From the human T2T-CHM13v2.0 reference genome, Homo sapiens, in assembly GCF_009914755.1 (NCBI RefSeq), contig NC_060933.1: a stretch of 64,000 bases of DNA; one strand, 5' to 3'. The translations under genes were made by a program, and so were the position numbers. Shown here piece after piece: positions 62,310 to 64,000 of the stretch. The notes below the pieces were generated by a model. That model was not told the origin of the DNA and made no database searches. It saw only the letters and a program-made list of their open reading frames with translations. Position 1 is the first letter of the stretch. The number at the start of each line of letters is the position of its first letter.

Positions 62310-62640
62310 AAGGAGTCAGGACAGTGTGGTCTACTGGCCAAACCCAGCCCCTCATCTGTTTCTGTATGACTTGTGAGCCAAGAATAGTTTTTACATTTTT
62401 AAAGGGTTGGAACAAAAAGTCAGAAGAAGGAGAACATAGGGAGTTATATGAAATTCAAATTTCAATGCCCATAAATAAAGTTTTATTGGAACACAGCCAT
62501 GTTCATTCATTTGTGTATTGTCTATAGCTGCTTTCACGCTACAATGGCAGAGTTGAATAGCTGAGACAGAGACCATATGGACTTGTAAGCCTGAAATATT
62601 TGCTATCTGGCCTTTTATGGAAAGTTTGCTGACGCCCAAG
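62310..62640. mobile_element. MER58B-like (hAT-Charlie)
   Basis: agaatagtttttacatttttaaa...aaataaagttttattggaacacagccat...tatctggccttttatggaaagtttgctgac. Confidence 0.75.
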
Positions 62641-64000
62641 ATACAGCTAAAGCCACCTACTCTCTCTCCAGGCATAACTGGCCACCTAAAGGTGGTGGGT
62701 ATCCTGCCTACATGTGCTTTCTGCTTTTACATAGAAGCCTATGCTTCCAAGTGTGTCGAATTGCATTGTGTGTTTAAAAATGGATATGGTGAAATTGCAC
62801 ATGGCAGAGAGGAGCAAACACATATGGACACCCTGAGACCTCCTTAGTTTCCTGAACTCCAGCAGCACAGAGTAAATGCCAGCTCTCTGCCAGCCCTGGA
62901 ATGGGCCCTGCAGATGCAGAGAAAAGAATCGTGGGAAGAAAACTCCAGAAGAAAAAATGGGGAAAGTGACACTGCTGACTCAAATTACTAGAAATCCTCA
63001 GAAAGTAAAAAAGGAAAAAGAAACTCAGGGTTGAGAGAAGACTTTGGGCCGGTGAAATCATCCTTGGAGTGTTCAGGAAATCCAGAGATTTTTGGAAGGC
63101 TGGGAATTCTTTGGAAGTGAGGCGTGTCTGGAGATAAGGAATAGGAAGCATGGGCTGTCAAAAGCAATTGTTAGGGAGCTCAAGTAGAGAAGCAAAAGGA
63201 AAACCTGGGGACAAGGTCGACAGATGCTGAAAACCTTGTAGGATTTATACTAGGCTACACCAGACTATTAACGCGGCCAACCAGAGACCAACAAGGGAGC
63301 AAACCCTTGCACTGTCCTTGCGGAAGGGCCCTACCCAGCATCCTGGGATGTAACTGGGAAGGATGTGTCTCATTAGCACCTCTGCCCCACCTCTGGAATA
63401 CCAGCTCCAAGCCAAACACGTCCCCTCTGAGGAGCTGCTGTGCCCTGCCCCCGAGTGCTCTATGTTGAGGATCCTCCGGGCAGGAATGGTGGGCTGGATG
63501 CTGAGCCCTCTACAGTTGTCCCCATGTCCCTCTCCCACCAGACTCCACTCCCCAGCAGCAGTGGGCAACCTCCTCTGATTCTGAACCACCTCCTGAGCTT
63601 AGAGACCATTGGAACTCGATCCCAGTTCCCTTTAGGAGACAGCAGGCTATCATAGTTCCATGGCCTCAGGACACTGTACCTGTACCACCTCCAAACTCAA
63701 CATCATAAAACCAAAACGTGAAATCAACATCCCTCATCTCTTTCTGCCAGGTAGCTGGGACTGAGCTGGGCCCTGGGGACATAGAGAGAGGCCAAGGGCC
63801 AGGCGCGAACTCAGCTTCCTGAGTCACTTGGGAGCACTGTCTTCTCACTCATCTCTGCACAGTGCCATTCCTTTCCCACATTGGGGCAACCCTTAGATTC
63901 AGAGATATCCGGGCTTGAATCCTGTTTTCAACGTTTCCTAGCTGTGTGGTCATGGTTTGAACTTCAGTTTCCTCCGATTAAAGGTGGAGCTGATGTTTCT

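Noticed and set aside
62870-63300. Purine-rich stretch resembling a processed pseudogene or old LINE
   Set aside because: No recognisable parent, ORF, poly-A or TSD; needs a BLAST/Dfam search.

Overview
Primate (human-like) genomic DNA, GC-rich and Alu-dense, almost entirely non-coding. The one supportable protein-coding segment is a CpG-island first coding exon (ATG 51842 to donor after 51965). It translates as MSAGGSARKSTGRSSYYYRLLRRPRLQRQRSRSRSRTRPAR(E), which I recognise from memory as the N-terminus of the long isoform of DAB2IP (RasGAP, AIP1, 9q33). The supplied ORF track misses it because the unspliced frame is under 60 aa. The rest of the window is upstream sequence (probably intronic to more 5' DAB2IP promoters) and intron 1. 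It holds about 35 Alus, MIR/L2/L1 remnants, MER2, Tigger3, MER30, MER58 and other hAT fossils, and microsatellites. I see no evidence of a new gene system; the long ORFs in the track appear to be repeat or GC artefacts. The oddest unexplained structure is a 250-bp cassette at 53167-53413 built from perfect tandem and fold-back repeats, sharing a 71-bp segment with a site 4.4 kb downstream. Other points of interest are an in-frame uORF before the DAB2IP start, an RS/polybasic N-terminus, a CpG-retaining MIR, a tail-to-tail inverted Alu pair with a central deletion, and repeated Alu insertions into identical target sites. Repeat subfamily calls and boundaries were made by eye and are approximate.
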